A stretch of 64,000 nucleotides of DNA. It comes from Paragordius varius (lineage: Eukaryota > Animalia > Nematomorpha). Positions 1 to 18,664 of this stretch are shown here, in pieces; the stretch's first letter is position 1; each line of letters starts with the position of its first letter. Both the position numbers and the translations under genes were made by a program. The stretch lies in contig OZ176052.1 in NCBI GenBank assembly GCA_964247055.1, forward strand, positions 9,424,001 through 9,488,000, in the 5' to 3' direction. Below the pieces are notes generated by a model, which did no database searches, was not told where the DNA came from, and was given only the letters and a program-made list of their open reading frames with translations.

Positions 1-374
1 GAGGTTGAATTGGACTAGGCTGAGATTTCGAAGTGAGATTTTTAATGTCTGGTAGGAAACCTGAAATAAAATTTGGATTTGGGAAATATTTGCAATATAT
101 TCCCTTTGGTCCACAGAATATAAGCACACAATTGGGAATATTAACTTTCTAAAATATATAAAAAAACAACCTTATGAAAAAGGTAGGCATTGCAATCATT
201 CAAATCACAGCATAATTTTTCGCATTGTTGAATGTTTTTGGTTTTAAGCGATTGAATTAAATATCCACTGGTTGTAACAGGTTTAATTATCACATTTTGA
301 TTGGTAAAATACACATTATTACATCCTTTAACCGTATTAACCACAATATTCAATAATAAAAGACACCATAACAT
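1..374 (-). CDS. MANSC-domain secreted/membrane protein, 5' part (runs off the left edge)
   Basis: ATG at 374 and a signal peptide (MLWCLLLLNIVVNTVKG). Exon 374-171, a 22-nt GT-AG intron 170-149, then exon 148 to the edge open in frame. The spliced product has the seven-Cys MANSC pattern C-EKL-CC-DLND-C-NAYLFHKKVNIPN-C-VLIF-C-GPKGIY-C. The unspliced ORF stops after four Cys of the pattern. Confidence 0.8.
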
Positions 375-441
375 AAGTTATCGATTTTTAAGTTTGAATA
401 TCTCCCAATAAAAATATATATACATTCATAAAATCAAATTT

Positions 442-6922
<6,481 letters not shown>

Positions 6923-9900
6923 AATATATTTTAATTATTTAAAATAAACAGATTCTTATATTTTCTATTTTATTTAACTATGTGCATTACTAAAAAGTTT
7001 TCTTTGGAATTTAATATATAGAGACTACTACGTATAATAATATTATAACTTATATATATTTCAAAGTTGTTTCAACTTAGGCAGACTCAGCTCTATGTTC
7101 ACATCACTGGTTAAAAATCTTTTTTATAATATTTTCTATCATACCAAATATTATACACCTATTCTTCATTTAATAATTTCTTTTAAAGACGCAAGATCAT
7201 ATTGCACTTTTTTGAGATAACTCCAGATAGATTTCCTGTTTAAGTAAAATACGCTTTCTCATAAAAAATCGTATCAAATGTGATTTCATGGTCCATATTA
7301 ATTATGGCCATTTTTGGTCGATTGAGTCGCTTTCAAAGCCCTGTGCACCAGACCACCTTTTACTTTCCAAACCCTATGAGCGTAGGAAAAAAGGAAATAA
7401 TCAAAAACACAATTTAAACATTAATTACAAAAAATAAAGTTTCCCAGAAAATTCGGGATATTTTAAAATATTTCCATTTTAAATCCAAGTTAGTCACCCT
7501 ATCACTACTTTACTAATCTGATATGAAAAATGTAAAATAGTACCATTCGAGTCTTATTTTAGTATTTCTCTGTTTGTCCCTACCCCGGAGCAAAAAAGAT
7601 TTCAACATATTCCCTGAAAACAGTGTCTTTTATTCTTTCGAAAAACGCAAAGGTCCTTAACAGAATTTTTTAAGGGTTCTGTGAATCTAGGACTATTTTC
7701 AAGCATTTGAAATCTTTAGTCAATAGGCGAGATTATGTACCATGTTAATTTATCACAACATTATGGTGCAAGTCTCACTTGCCCCAGAAGATGTATTCTA
7801 ACTAAGGGATATCCATCATTCTCATTTTGCCTAATATATTTTTAACATATTATTTAATACCTTGATATAATTGTCAAACTATAATTTAATTAATGTTTTA
7901 TGTAAGAATATAATATCGTTTTATAAAGGATTTCTTACCTAATTTACAAAAAATCCGTTTAAACGACCAAAAATCCCTAAAACGATCTTTTAAACCGGTG
8001 ATGCTTAACATGCGGTCCTCCGTAACTTTTTTGTGCGGCTCGCGAAATAATTTAAACACCATTGATTGTTCGATAAAGGTCTTAAATAGCTTTTAGGCCG
8101 TCAAATGCTTGTGTTTACTTTGATTGGAATTAATAAAGTATTATTTTAAGGTTGGTCTATAATTAATTTTGAGTTTTTAAACGAAAATCATTAAAATAAC
8201 CATTGCATAGTTTTTTATGTAATAAGTCCTTAACATGGCCGTTAACTAATGGCACCCACACTGTTAGGATTTGGATTATATCAATTTAAATTTTAGCTAT
8301 GATTTATTATTTAAATTTTCTTAATATATTAAGTTGCGACGAGTTTTAATTCTTTGTATTTTTCATTAGAACGGTCATTTTTTTAAGTTGAGGTATTTCA
8401 AAAAATTGTTTGTTTCCATGAAGAGTTCGTTTTGTAATTTTTTATGTGCTTCTTTTTGAAATGTTACATATGGTATTATAGATTTATATAAAACCACAGG
8501 ATATCTAAAATATATTAAACATTATTAAGTTACATTACTAGAAGTGCTATTAATTTTCTTTAGGTATAGATCAATATTAGGCATGTTTTGTTTTACGAAA
8601 CTCAAGGGTAATTCAGATGTTTTTTAGATAAACTATAAGGAAACCCTCGCTTTCTTTGAAAAGGTTACCATATTTAACACTTAGTGGTTCCATGCAAAAC
8701 TTATTATAAAAAACATAATGAGATCCTTGTTTCTGCGATTGCTGAAACATTATCTTCATTTCGGGGACAAATATAAATAATTTGTACCTGAGATCCGTAT
8801 TAAACTATGATTTGTTTTTAGTTGAATTTTATAATTGAGTTCTCCGAATTTCCCCCCCCCCCCATAGATTTTTCTACGCCTTCTTAGGGTGGCGCTCCTT
8901 CCCTCTTTATTCACTCCACCCATTATCAATCTTTTGAATACATCATTTTGGGCGTGCTGAGACATGTAATATTTATAGATAGAAATATTTAAATAAAATC
9001 GTTTTTTAGATAAAAATTAAAATGTTTATGTACTTGTAAATCCGAGGTCTCCAACACATTTCTTCGGCCCGCGAAATATTATACGAAATCTGAGTAAAAT
9101 TAATTATCTTAAGCAAATTTTCTGAATAAGTCTTTCCAAATTTTGGCAATGAACTAGCAAAAAGTAATAGTTTTTTCAATCTTATGTTTGAAAGCTAAGA
9201 AAATATTTTTTATCGCAGTTTTTGAATATGCGGCCCGTGCCATTTGTGTTGACCACCCCTGTTCAAGACCGTTTTTGGGGAGAAGATTACACAATTTTAT
9301 ATTAGGTATTTCTAAAATCTAATCTGAATATCAAAATTTAGATAACGGAATAACCAGTAAAAAATTGATATTATATTGTTTGAATGTTTTTTACATTATA
9401 TATTGATGCCCCTGTGTTTATGTTTTAATGTAGCCCTCCAAAATGTTTAAGTTGAAAGGCCCGCGAAGCATTTTGTGTAGGGTACCCCTATTTTTAGACA
9501 AACATGTAACCCATTAAAACTAAAATTAAGCTTTTTGAAAAATACATTTTTTCGGAATATGCAAATTATCCAAACTTGCCTGGCAACAAAATTATATTGG
9601 CTACATGCATATTTTTATTTTTTGACATTTCTGGATTAAATTAAAAAAAACCTAAGATGTTACCAAAGATAAATAGGATCCCCGGAAAAATTTACATAAT
9701 TTTAATATATTTATATTAGCTGTTTAAGAAGTTACACAAACTTTTTAAAAGTATTATATTATTGTCATTATTATTAAGATTAATAATTTATGCATATTTC
9801 TATATATACATTTATATATTTACATGTATATAATATTAACCACAAGAGTTATTAAATAAATATGAATATGATAATATTAGGAACAACCATATTTTTATGC

Positions 9901-11296
9901 AAAATACTAACTAGCCATTTAGTTATAATCGGACGACAGATAGATTAAAAAAAACATTGCGAAAAAAACTTATTAAATTATCTATGTAAATCTATATATA
10001 TATATATATATATATATATGTTTTTAACCATCAAACTTTATGTTTTGCCAGTGTGCCAACATATTTTGCATATATAACGTTCTTTTTTAAGATAGTTAGA
10101 TAGATGGATACATGAAAATTTTTTCATCATAATTTTTTTCTGATATTTTTTGGTAAAAAGTCTCTTTCTTTATTTGCATATACATGCTTATGAATTATGG
10201 GGATAGAATGTCCAAATATATAATATATAGATAAATATGTACACACCAAAATTTGCGTTTTTTTTCCATTTGACTTACGCTTTGAATGCTGTCATTGTAT
10301 CAACTTTAAATAAACGGACAATAATATGTCTTATATTTTTAACCTCCCAAGTTAATTTGCATATGTAAATTTGTTTTCAGTTTTCATATTATAGCTGAAA
10401 ACATGATGTTTATTATTGTATATATAAAAATGATAAAGGAATAAAGAATTTAATTTAAATTCTATGTGACATTATATATAACTATTACTACTAACGGGTT
10501 TTTTTTCAAAGTTAACCGATTATTTTAAGAAAAAGTGGGTAAAAGAATTATAACGCGGTGTGATTTATGAATGCAGTCTTCATGGTCATTACCAGCCAAT
10601 TGATACCGCGAACGCAAATTTATATTGTTATTTGCAACAATCTAAATTAACCAATCAAAAAATCGGTTTACATCTGTAGAGATAAATTTCTTTCAAAAAA
10701 TTTTAAGATTTTCTCTGTATTATATTGTGATTTAACCTATGTTAAAAAATTCTAAATTGGTTTTAAAGTTGTGACTCACGGTCATAATGATTCATAGCCT
10801 AACCCTAGTTACAATTTACTTTTATTAGGTCAACCCAAATTTTCCAAATTGATTATGGAAAACGTAAAACACTACGCTAAATCACCAGGTCCACTAATTA
10901 ATTTATTATTATTAATTAAATATATGGTGCGAGCATACAATCGTATTTAAATACCTATATAATTATAATTTATTTATTATTAAATTACGGTTGATTGATT
11001 TCTAATTAAATTTTATAAGGCAAAAACTTTTATATAAACATATACGCATTTTCACGCAATAAATTAATTAATATAATATGGTGGAATTCGCATTTCAATT
11101 AAATTCAAATTAGTAAGATGGTGATTTTTTCTATATAACAACATCGTAGAACTAGTATCCCAATAAAATAATAAATTAGTATTATTTATGCTATGTAAAA
11201 CAATTTACAAATATATAACACTTTTTTGAAAAATAATAAAATCATAATAAATCTGTCTCTCTATTGAAATGGTTAAAACATTAATTAAGTTATGGA

Positions 11297-13800
11297 TAAG
11301 GTGACCAGATTTTTTGAAGGAAAAAGCGGGACAAATCTGAGAAAGGGGGGGGGGGTTGTGAGGTGGGGTGTACAACCAAAAATTTTTATACAAAAAATTT
11401 ATTGTAGTATTTATTTATTTTTAACACAAATACATTATAAATATGAAAAAATATTTAATTCCTTGGTATATTTTTTATTTGAGTGAATGCGTTTTAGCAG
11501 ATTGTCATCATTTTATAAAATATTGTAGAAGTCACAAGAATTTGTCAAATTATATTTGACAGATAAAATGATAAAGTTTCAACATTTAAATTTGATTTTT
11601 CCGATGTCCACATCTGATTTACTGTGGAAAAAACGCGCTCAGTAGCAGCGTTGGTTCCACGTAAAGATAATGCAAATTCTACATTTTTAAAATATTGTAT
11701 GGAACATAGTTTGTTTTAAAAGGATGAAATATTTCGAACCATTTCTTTTCTACTGTATTTTTTTCTGTTGTCCATAATTTAAGTTTTTCTATTAATATAT
11801 TTTATAACTAATGATATATAAAAAAGATATTTTCTGAAAGGTTACTTTTTGGGAATTTTTGGGAGATGCAGATATGATTTTTGAACATCGCACCAATCAA
11901 ATTCTGGTTTTAATGTTATTAAATGAAAAGGATTAATTTCATTAAATTGCATCGTCCAGCCTTCCAATAATCTTTACAGTTTGTATAAAACCTTTTTAAT
12001 GGTACAGGATATTTTGGCGATTTATTAAACCTTGATTTTCTAAATTATTTATAATATTGCGGATGGTTACTGGTATAAAATTATTTTATAACCCTTCTTC
12101 ACATTGGAATTTTAGGTTACTTTTCATTGGCTATTTCGATTGCCGAAGTTTTGTCACTTTCTATCAATTTAATAACATTTTGAAAGAGAGCAGCTTGATT
12201 ATGTAGGAACTCTAACCATATTGAAGAATCACTTTCAAAAAACTTTTCCAAAGTTGTAGGACATTTGTCCTGTGATAAAAAAATAGGATTTTAAAGGATC
12301 ATTCTTTAAAATTCCTTCGATAGCTGGCAGAAGAGCAAACCAACGAGGTTTACAATATCCAAGCATTTTTTAATATTGAACTTCTGCATTTGCACAGAAT
12401 TTCTTAAGCGTTTTAACGCGTACCGTGTATATAAAAATAGGAATATACCTTGGCAACTACATTTTCCACATCTAGGGGTAACAAATCAGCAACTGTTTGA
12501 ATAGCGTTGTGTGTTATATGCGCTACACACCCAACATCAATAATGGATTAAGATTATCTGCTAATTACTGAAACTTATTTTTTGTTCCCCTCCTTGATTT
12601 CCACCGAAGTTCGTATTGGTATTGTCACCGCAATATGCGATTTTTTCTAGAATATTCATTATTGAAGTAAAATTATGTCGGAATTCGCACCGGGTAGAGA
12701 AATAATTTTAAATTTTAATTTTACTTCGGTTTCTGGACCAAAATATTTTATTAACGTGGGAAATATTTTTGTTTCCTGATTTGATACATCAGAGTATGGC
12801 GATATGAAATTAATTTTCAGCAAATCTTTTTGTATTCAGAAAATGCATGTGGTGAAAGGACAATGCATACAATGGCTTCAGCCTTTGTACGGGCACATGT
12901 AAATTTTTTTAAATAAGGTACGAATAACCTGTGAGGTACAATCCATAGATCTAAAGGAATGATTGTGATTAACGACGTGAAAAGATAAAACGCCTTCGGC
13001 TAGTGCCAAATTCTTTTCTTCCTCTCCAAAAGCGGTTTTTCAAAAAAATCGCTCATTTTGTAAGATGATGCCGCCATATCTAAACATTTTTTATGTTTCT
13101 GTGTTTCCATATGCTTTGTAATATCATGCTTGCCGCCATGTGCTAGGGTGAATTCCCCCTCGCATATAAGACATTTAACAAATGATTCATTCTTCGTTTT
13201 TTTAATAAAAGGAAAATCCTTCATTAATTCATCGTTGAATTTACAACCTCTTTTTGTGCTCATATTTATAAACTACTATTAGTATAATAAATATTATATT
13301 ACCTTAATTTTCTGTGATAAACGTGTAAGGTACCGATTTGTGGTATCAATTTGTCTTTTAAGCTACCGATTTGTGGTATTAATTTGGCTTTTTAATAATG
13401 TTGGCAAGTAATAAAACTAAAATATTAGTATAATAAATATTATATTACCTTAATTTTGTGAAATAAACGTGTAAGGTACCGATTTGTGGTATCAATTTGT
13501 CTTTTAATCTAGAGATTTGTGGTATTAACTTGGCTTTTTGATAATAATGACAGTAGTAGTAGGAAGTATAGTGTATAATCACATGATATAAATTCGAAAA
13601 AAATAAATATTTTTTAAAAAAAATTTAATTTAAAATTGAATAGATTTTAAAGATATTTAATGATAAAAAATTTAAACGGACAAAAAAAATTTATTTGTTT
13701 TAAAAAAAATTTTTTTATATAATCGTGAAAAAGCGGGACATTTAAAAACGTAGCAGGAAGCGGGACAAAGTGTGAAAAAGCGGGACGTCTGGTCACCTTA
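11297..13800 (-). mobile_element. hAT (Blackjack-like) DNA transposon with a degenerate transposase
   Basis: Perfect 13-bp TIRs TAAGGTGACCAGA, perfect 8-bp TSD GTTATGGA (11289-11296 and 13801-13808), and subterminal AAGCGGGACA repeats. ORF 13263-13000 encodes the N-terminal zinc finger (CLICEGEF.LAHGG..DI.KH..T.KH). Downstream transposase-like sequence has stops and frameshifts. Confidence 0.9.
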
Positions 13801-16503
13801 GTTATGGAGCAGACATTATTCGGTTGATCTTTAACATTTTGGGATAGATATCAGGATGATTCTCAAATTAATTTTGGAATCAGAATTAGGATGTTTACCA
13901 CGCTGACTTCAAAAATTTATTATTTCCTGGCTTTGTTTACAAAATTATGTTTTGCTTATATAACACATCGAGAAAATTTTTTTTGATACTATTTTTTAAC
14001 AAAGGTAAAAATCCATAAATGCGTAAGCTTCATGGCTATCACAATCATTAAATTTGCCACTACAATTAGAGTATGAGTAAGTATACATTGCTTGAAAGTT
14101 AATAAATATTGCCAAATATCATTTACAACAAAGAGGTATTATTGGCTTATGATTATTTTTTTCACTTTTAACTATTATAGCCAATAATAATTCTCTTTGC
14201 TGCATGTGCTATTTGCCAATAATAAATAACTTTCTTGCAATATTTAATTACTCATTTGTATTTTACCAGTATGAATTTTATTTTATAAAATAATAAATGG
14301 GCCAAGAAATATGATGAAAAATATACTGCTAACTAAAATAAATAAAGATAAGTTTTATGGATTATTTAAAATTTCTTGTTAGCCTAAAATATAATGTTAT
14401 ATTCTACCGTATCGATCGGACAGAAAGAATCAAAATTAAACATATGACATTTTATTAATTTATAATTAAAAATTCCCTGGTTGTTTAGATTCTCTATCAA
14501 TTTAAACAAAATATTTTTTCCTATTTCGAAAAAACATACGAAACCCACTATTTTTGCATTAACCGAAACTGAGGTCAATTATTCTAAAGTAGCCGTTACC
14601 GGCTCATAAAATGCAATTAAGGTTACCAAAAATTTAAGCTTAGCCCTATCATTATCCCATTTTTTATTAAATAAGCGAGATAGTAAAAACCATAAATTTA
14701 TTAAATTTATCCTATTATACAGCAGAAAGGTCCCTCCACACCTTAAAACATTTTAAATTAAAATTTTAACCAACCAACCAAATACCTATCAAACTAAACA
14801 TATATTTAGTTATCTCTTTTATCGCTTATAAAATTGAAATCGTTTTCTACTTTGAGTACAAAGTCCAAATTTAAACAACATCTAATGTTATATGAATACT
14901 ATATTAAAGATTTTCCAATGAGAGATTATATGGAAAACAAAATACAAATTAGTAAATTTCCCTATAAAACATTTAATGTGTGGTTAAAGGCAAAAAAAAC
15001 TTTTCGGCGTTACTTGATGATGACATATTGAATATCAAAGAGATATAGCATATACTAAAGTTTGTGAAAACAGTTGAAGTGAATATTTTACGCCCAAGTG
15101 CACTAATTTGATCTCAAAATGATAATAATTTGACATTGTCATTACACAAAGTTAATAAATGAAATATTATTTTAAAATATTCTCTTCATATAGCTATAAA
15201 CCTATATGAAAGCCGACAAAATTATAATCAGATCGTTTGTCACACAGAGAGATATGTTTTTTTTATAAACCCTAACAGTAAAGATCTAAATAAATGGAAT
15301 TTTGAGATAAAATACATAGCTTTATAATATAGAAGTCATTATTATATTATTAAACTTCAAAATATATGAAATATAAAGTGAAAAAACAATTTAATGCATT
15401 AGAATTTATAAGATTACGAAAATTAATTATTGTCTTTGAATTTCACGGAAATATTATGGCTCTACAAATTAAAATTATAATTTTCCATATTTGTGTTTAT
15501 TTTGAAGGACAGTTAAGCCCGACCCCGGGTAATATAAGCGTTTATCGCTAGAAATCCCCATAAAACCGATTTTTTGGAAAATGTACGAGACCATATGTAT
15601 AATCCCTTATGTTAAAGACAATTTTAAATATAACTAATATGTAAAACCCGCATCTTGAAGAGAATTTTAAGCCAATATTCCAGAAATTGTGTAGTCCCAT
15701 TAAAATTTTGGCCATTTAAATCTCCAAAATAGATGAGCTAAAAGTCAGATTCACAAAGCATCGTTTAGAGTCACACTGACGCTTGCAGGACATTGTTTTC
15801 TTTTTAATAATTGATAGAAAGCCAAAAAATTATGGAGCTAATCTATGAAAAAATAATATTTAAAGACCTTATATTTAGACTAAAATATTGGATATACATT
15901 TATATTTATCTATGACTTTAAAAATATATAATTATGGTTTACTGTATAATTTGATGCGTTAATTGGAGTAATAGATTGACACCTGAAGACCATTTTGATG
16001 CTAATTCTTAGGGTGTTGGCAAACAAATTATTTTAAATAAAGCATTTTATTTGTTAATAATTTCCATTGAAACATATTAGTTAAATAATTTAATTAATTT
16101 GGTCCATATTCGTATAAATCATAGAAGTGAATTTGGAGAATAAAAACATATATCCTAAAATTTTAAACCCATTGGATTGCTCTAGGTCGCAATAAATATT
16201 TAATCTAATGGTATGAATGTGTACATTAAAGCGAAAAACAACAATTAGCGATAAAAATTTAAATATATGTTCAATTTATAAATAATACATTAACAAAACT
16301 AATGTGTTTGATAATTCAGTATATTGTGCTTATATACCAGGTATAGTCATAAATCTTTACCGCTTTAACTATGAGAAAACGTCAGCAAAAAAATGCTACC
16401 GATTAATTTGACACAGACGCTATTTTATTCATGTCACATTAAACAACATAACGAAAATTGATCCAGCCAAAATCTAGTTTCTTATTTAAATAATTCAGTA
16501 ATC

Positions 16504-17606
16504 ATGTCGAATTTTGTGCCTGAAAAGAAAATTTGCGGCACGCATTGCTTTTATATTTCATCAAAAGAAAATGGCTGTTGAAAGTCGCCGTTTGCTGGTA
16601 GAAACATATGGTGAACATGCTTCTTCGATTAAAAGGTGTAAAACGGTGTTTCAAAAAACTTTAAAGTTGTGAATTACAAGAAATTAGGATGATTTGGACT
16701 TCACAGAAGCAAAGAAGATAATGTAGAGTAGTTTGAAACAACTCAATCTATTTAGCAATTGGCTGAGCATCACACGTGATTATCACAGAAAACAATGTCT
16801 ACGAGCAATGAAAAATCCAATAAATTAGGTAAATGAGCCTGATAAATTTATAATAAATGTCAAATCAAAAATCGCAAAGCGCCTGTGAACACGAAACTAG
16901 ATTATTTTAGCATCGAATTGTGACGGGTGGCTTTATTTTGTACAACAAAGCGGAAATGTTGTGACTTCCTTGCCAAACCGGCCCATCCAAGCAAGGCCAA
17001 ATCGCTTAAACCATGGACAATATATGGTAAAACCAGAATTTTTTGTATTATGAAACTTTAAGGCCCAGTTAAACCGTTAAAACACAATGCGATCGACAAC
17101 GAATGAGTAATTTAAACCATGTCGAAAAATGACCGGATGGCCCAAAAGACAGGGAGTAATTTTTCATCATGACAATGATCCGTATAATGAGGTGGTAGGC
17201 GCCGGATTCTTACACTGCGTGCCAGAGTTTGAACCCCGGAACTACGCAATTTTTCCATCTTCACTGTCAGCCCTAGGCAGATGAGTCTTAAAGCCTTCAC
17301 ATGTCCGGATACATATTAAGTCCTTACCCTTTAATAAAAAAGGAAAAAAGAGACTCTAAACTATATATATATTATACAATGCTCCGTTTAACATGTAGAA
17401 TCAATTAAAGACACCTTAACTCTTCGATAGGAAATTCTTTCGCATCCGCCGAACTCTCCTGACTGGTGCCATCTGACTATTACCTTTTCGCATCAATGAG
17501 GCCCTCCCTAGTAGAGCAGCACTTCAATAATTTCGACAATGGAATAGTGGCGAACGGTTTGCCGCAAAAGACAATCAGTTTATTGGCATGGCTTTCATAT
17601 GTCATC
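16504..17606 (+). mobile_element. Decayed mariner (Mos1-like) transposase pseudogene, interrupted
   Basis: Frame-broken matches to MSNFVP..K..AVESRRLLVE.YGEH, HRIVTG, RQGVIFHHDN and HPPNSPD..PSDYYLFASM, characteristic of mariner DD34D transposases. Confidence 0.8.
17184..17375 (+). mobile_element. tRNA-derived SINE-like insertion inside the mariner remnant
   Basis: Flanked by a 12-bp near-duplication ACAATG(A/C)TCCGT (17172-17183 and 17376-17387). tRNA-like head: TGGTAGGCG, GATTCTTACAC resembling the Lys-CTT anticodon loop, and B-box-like GAGTTTGAACCCC. A-rich and TA-rich tail. Confidence 0.55.
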
Positions 17607-18391
17607 TACAATTCAAATTCACCCTAAAAATAAGTTATGTGTTTTCGGGCTAATGTAACTCCTCATTAATATAAAATATATCTTTATGGCATGGCATTAT
17701 TTTGTTACTATTTTTTATTTTAAACAAAATTTTCTTTTTACATATATAAAAAAATGTAAAATTTTTAATCTTAAAAAGCAAAATTTATTTTAGGGTAAAT
17801 TTAAATTGTTCGAAGGTGAATTTGATAGTTCAAGGGTCATTTCGAAGTGTAAATGGTATATATTACCGAGATTGGCTAAATGTGTGAAAGGCGATAAACA
17901 ATATTTTGTTAAACTGATTTCCCTTCAATATTACACATTTTTAAAACCGGTAAAGAAACTTCTGACATATCCAGTTGCACATTAAAATTATCTAAATGTA
18001 AATTAAATTTACAGTTTTAATCTTCCATATAAAATATAAAAAAATTTGCAAGAGGCAAATATATATAAACCAAATGGGAATATTTATATTTAAGTAACCC
18101 AGAAATAATGTAGGTATTGAAATTGAATCATAGAATAATACCTTTTCGGGCTTACTCCGGATAGATTATAAATATCTCAAAAAATATTTATGTTAGTGAC
18201 ATGAAAATTATCGACAAATATCATTGGCGACAAAAAGTAAATTAAGATTTTTTTAATTTTTAAAATATAAAAAAAACGTATATAAGGACAAATATTTTTT
18301 TCTATAAGCCAACCATACTTTTTAAATCTTAATTTGTTAAATATAACTCAAAGTTTTAAATGGCAAAGTGTGAAATATGAAGTAGAGACAA

Positions 18392-18664
18392 CAGTAAAAA
18401 CCGAAAATATACGGACAAAACTTAAAATATAAAGACAAATATATTTAAAAACAACCATGCTTTTTAAATTTTGATTTTTAAATATCCTAAATTGCAAAGT
18501 GTGAAATAGAGACATATATAACTAGATAATCAATTCTATATTTTTCAAGTGTAAGTTAATAGCCGTTATAGGAAAAATTAAGGTCCACAAATCTATGGTT
18601 GTCTTCTGAAAAAGAAATTGTCTTTATATTATTATGTTTTGTCCATATAATTTTATTTTGACTG
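18392..18664. mobile_element. Tc1-type MITE (CAGT...ACTG|TA); second copy at ~3743-4021 in MCM5 intron 9
   Basis: Inverted arms GGACAAAAC..AAAATATAAAGACAAAT / ATTTGTCTTTATATT..GTTTTGTCC, with shared internal AAATTGCAAAGT(A/G)TGAA. Confidence 0.65.
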
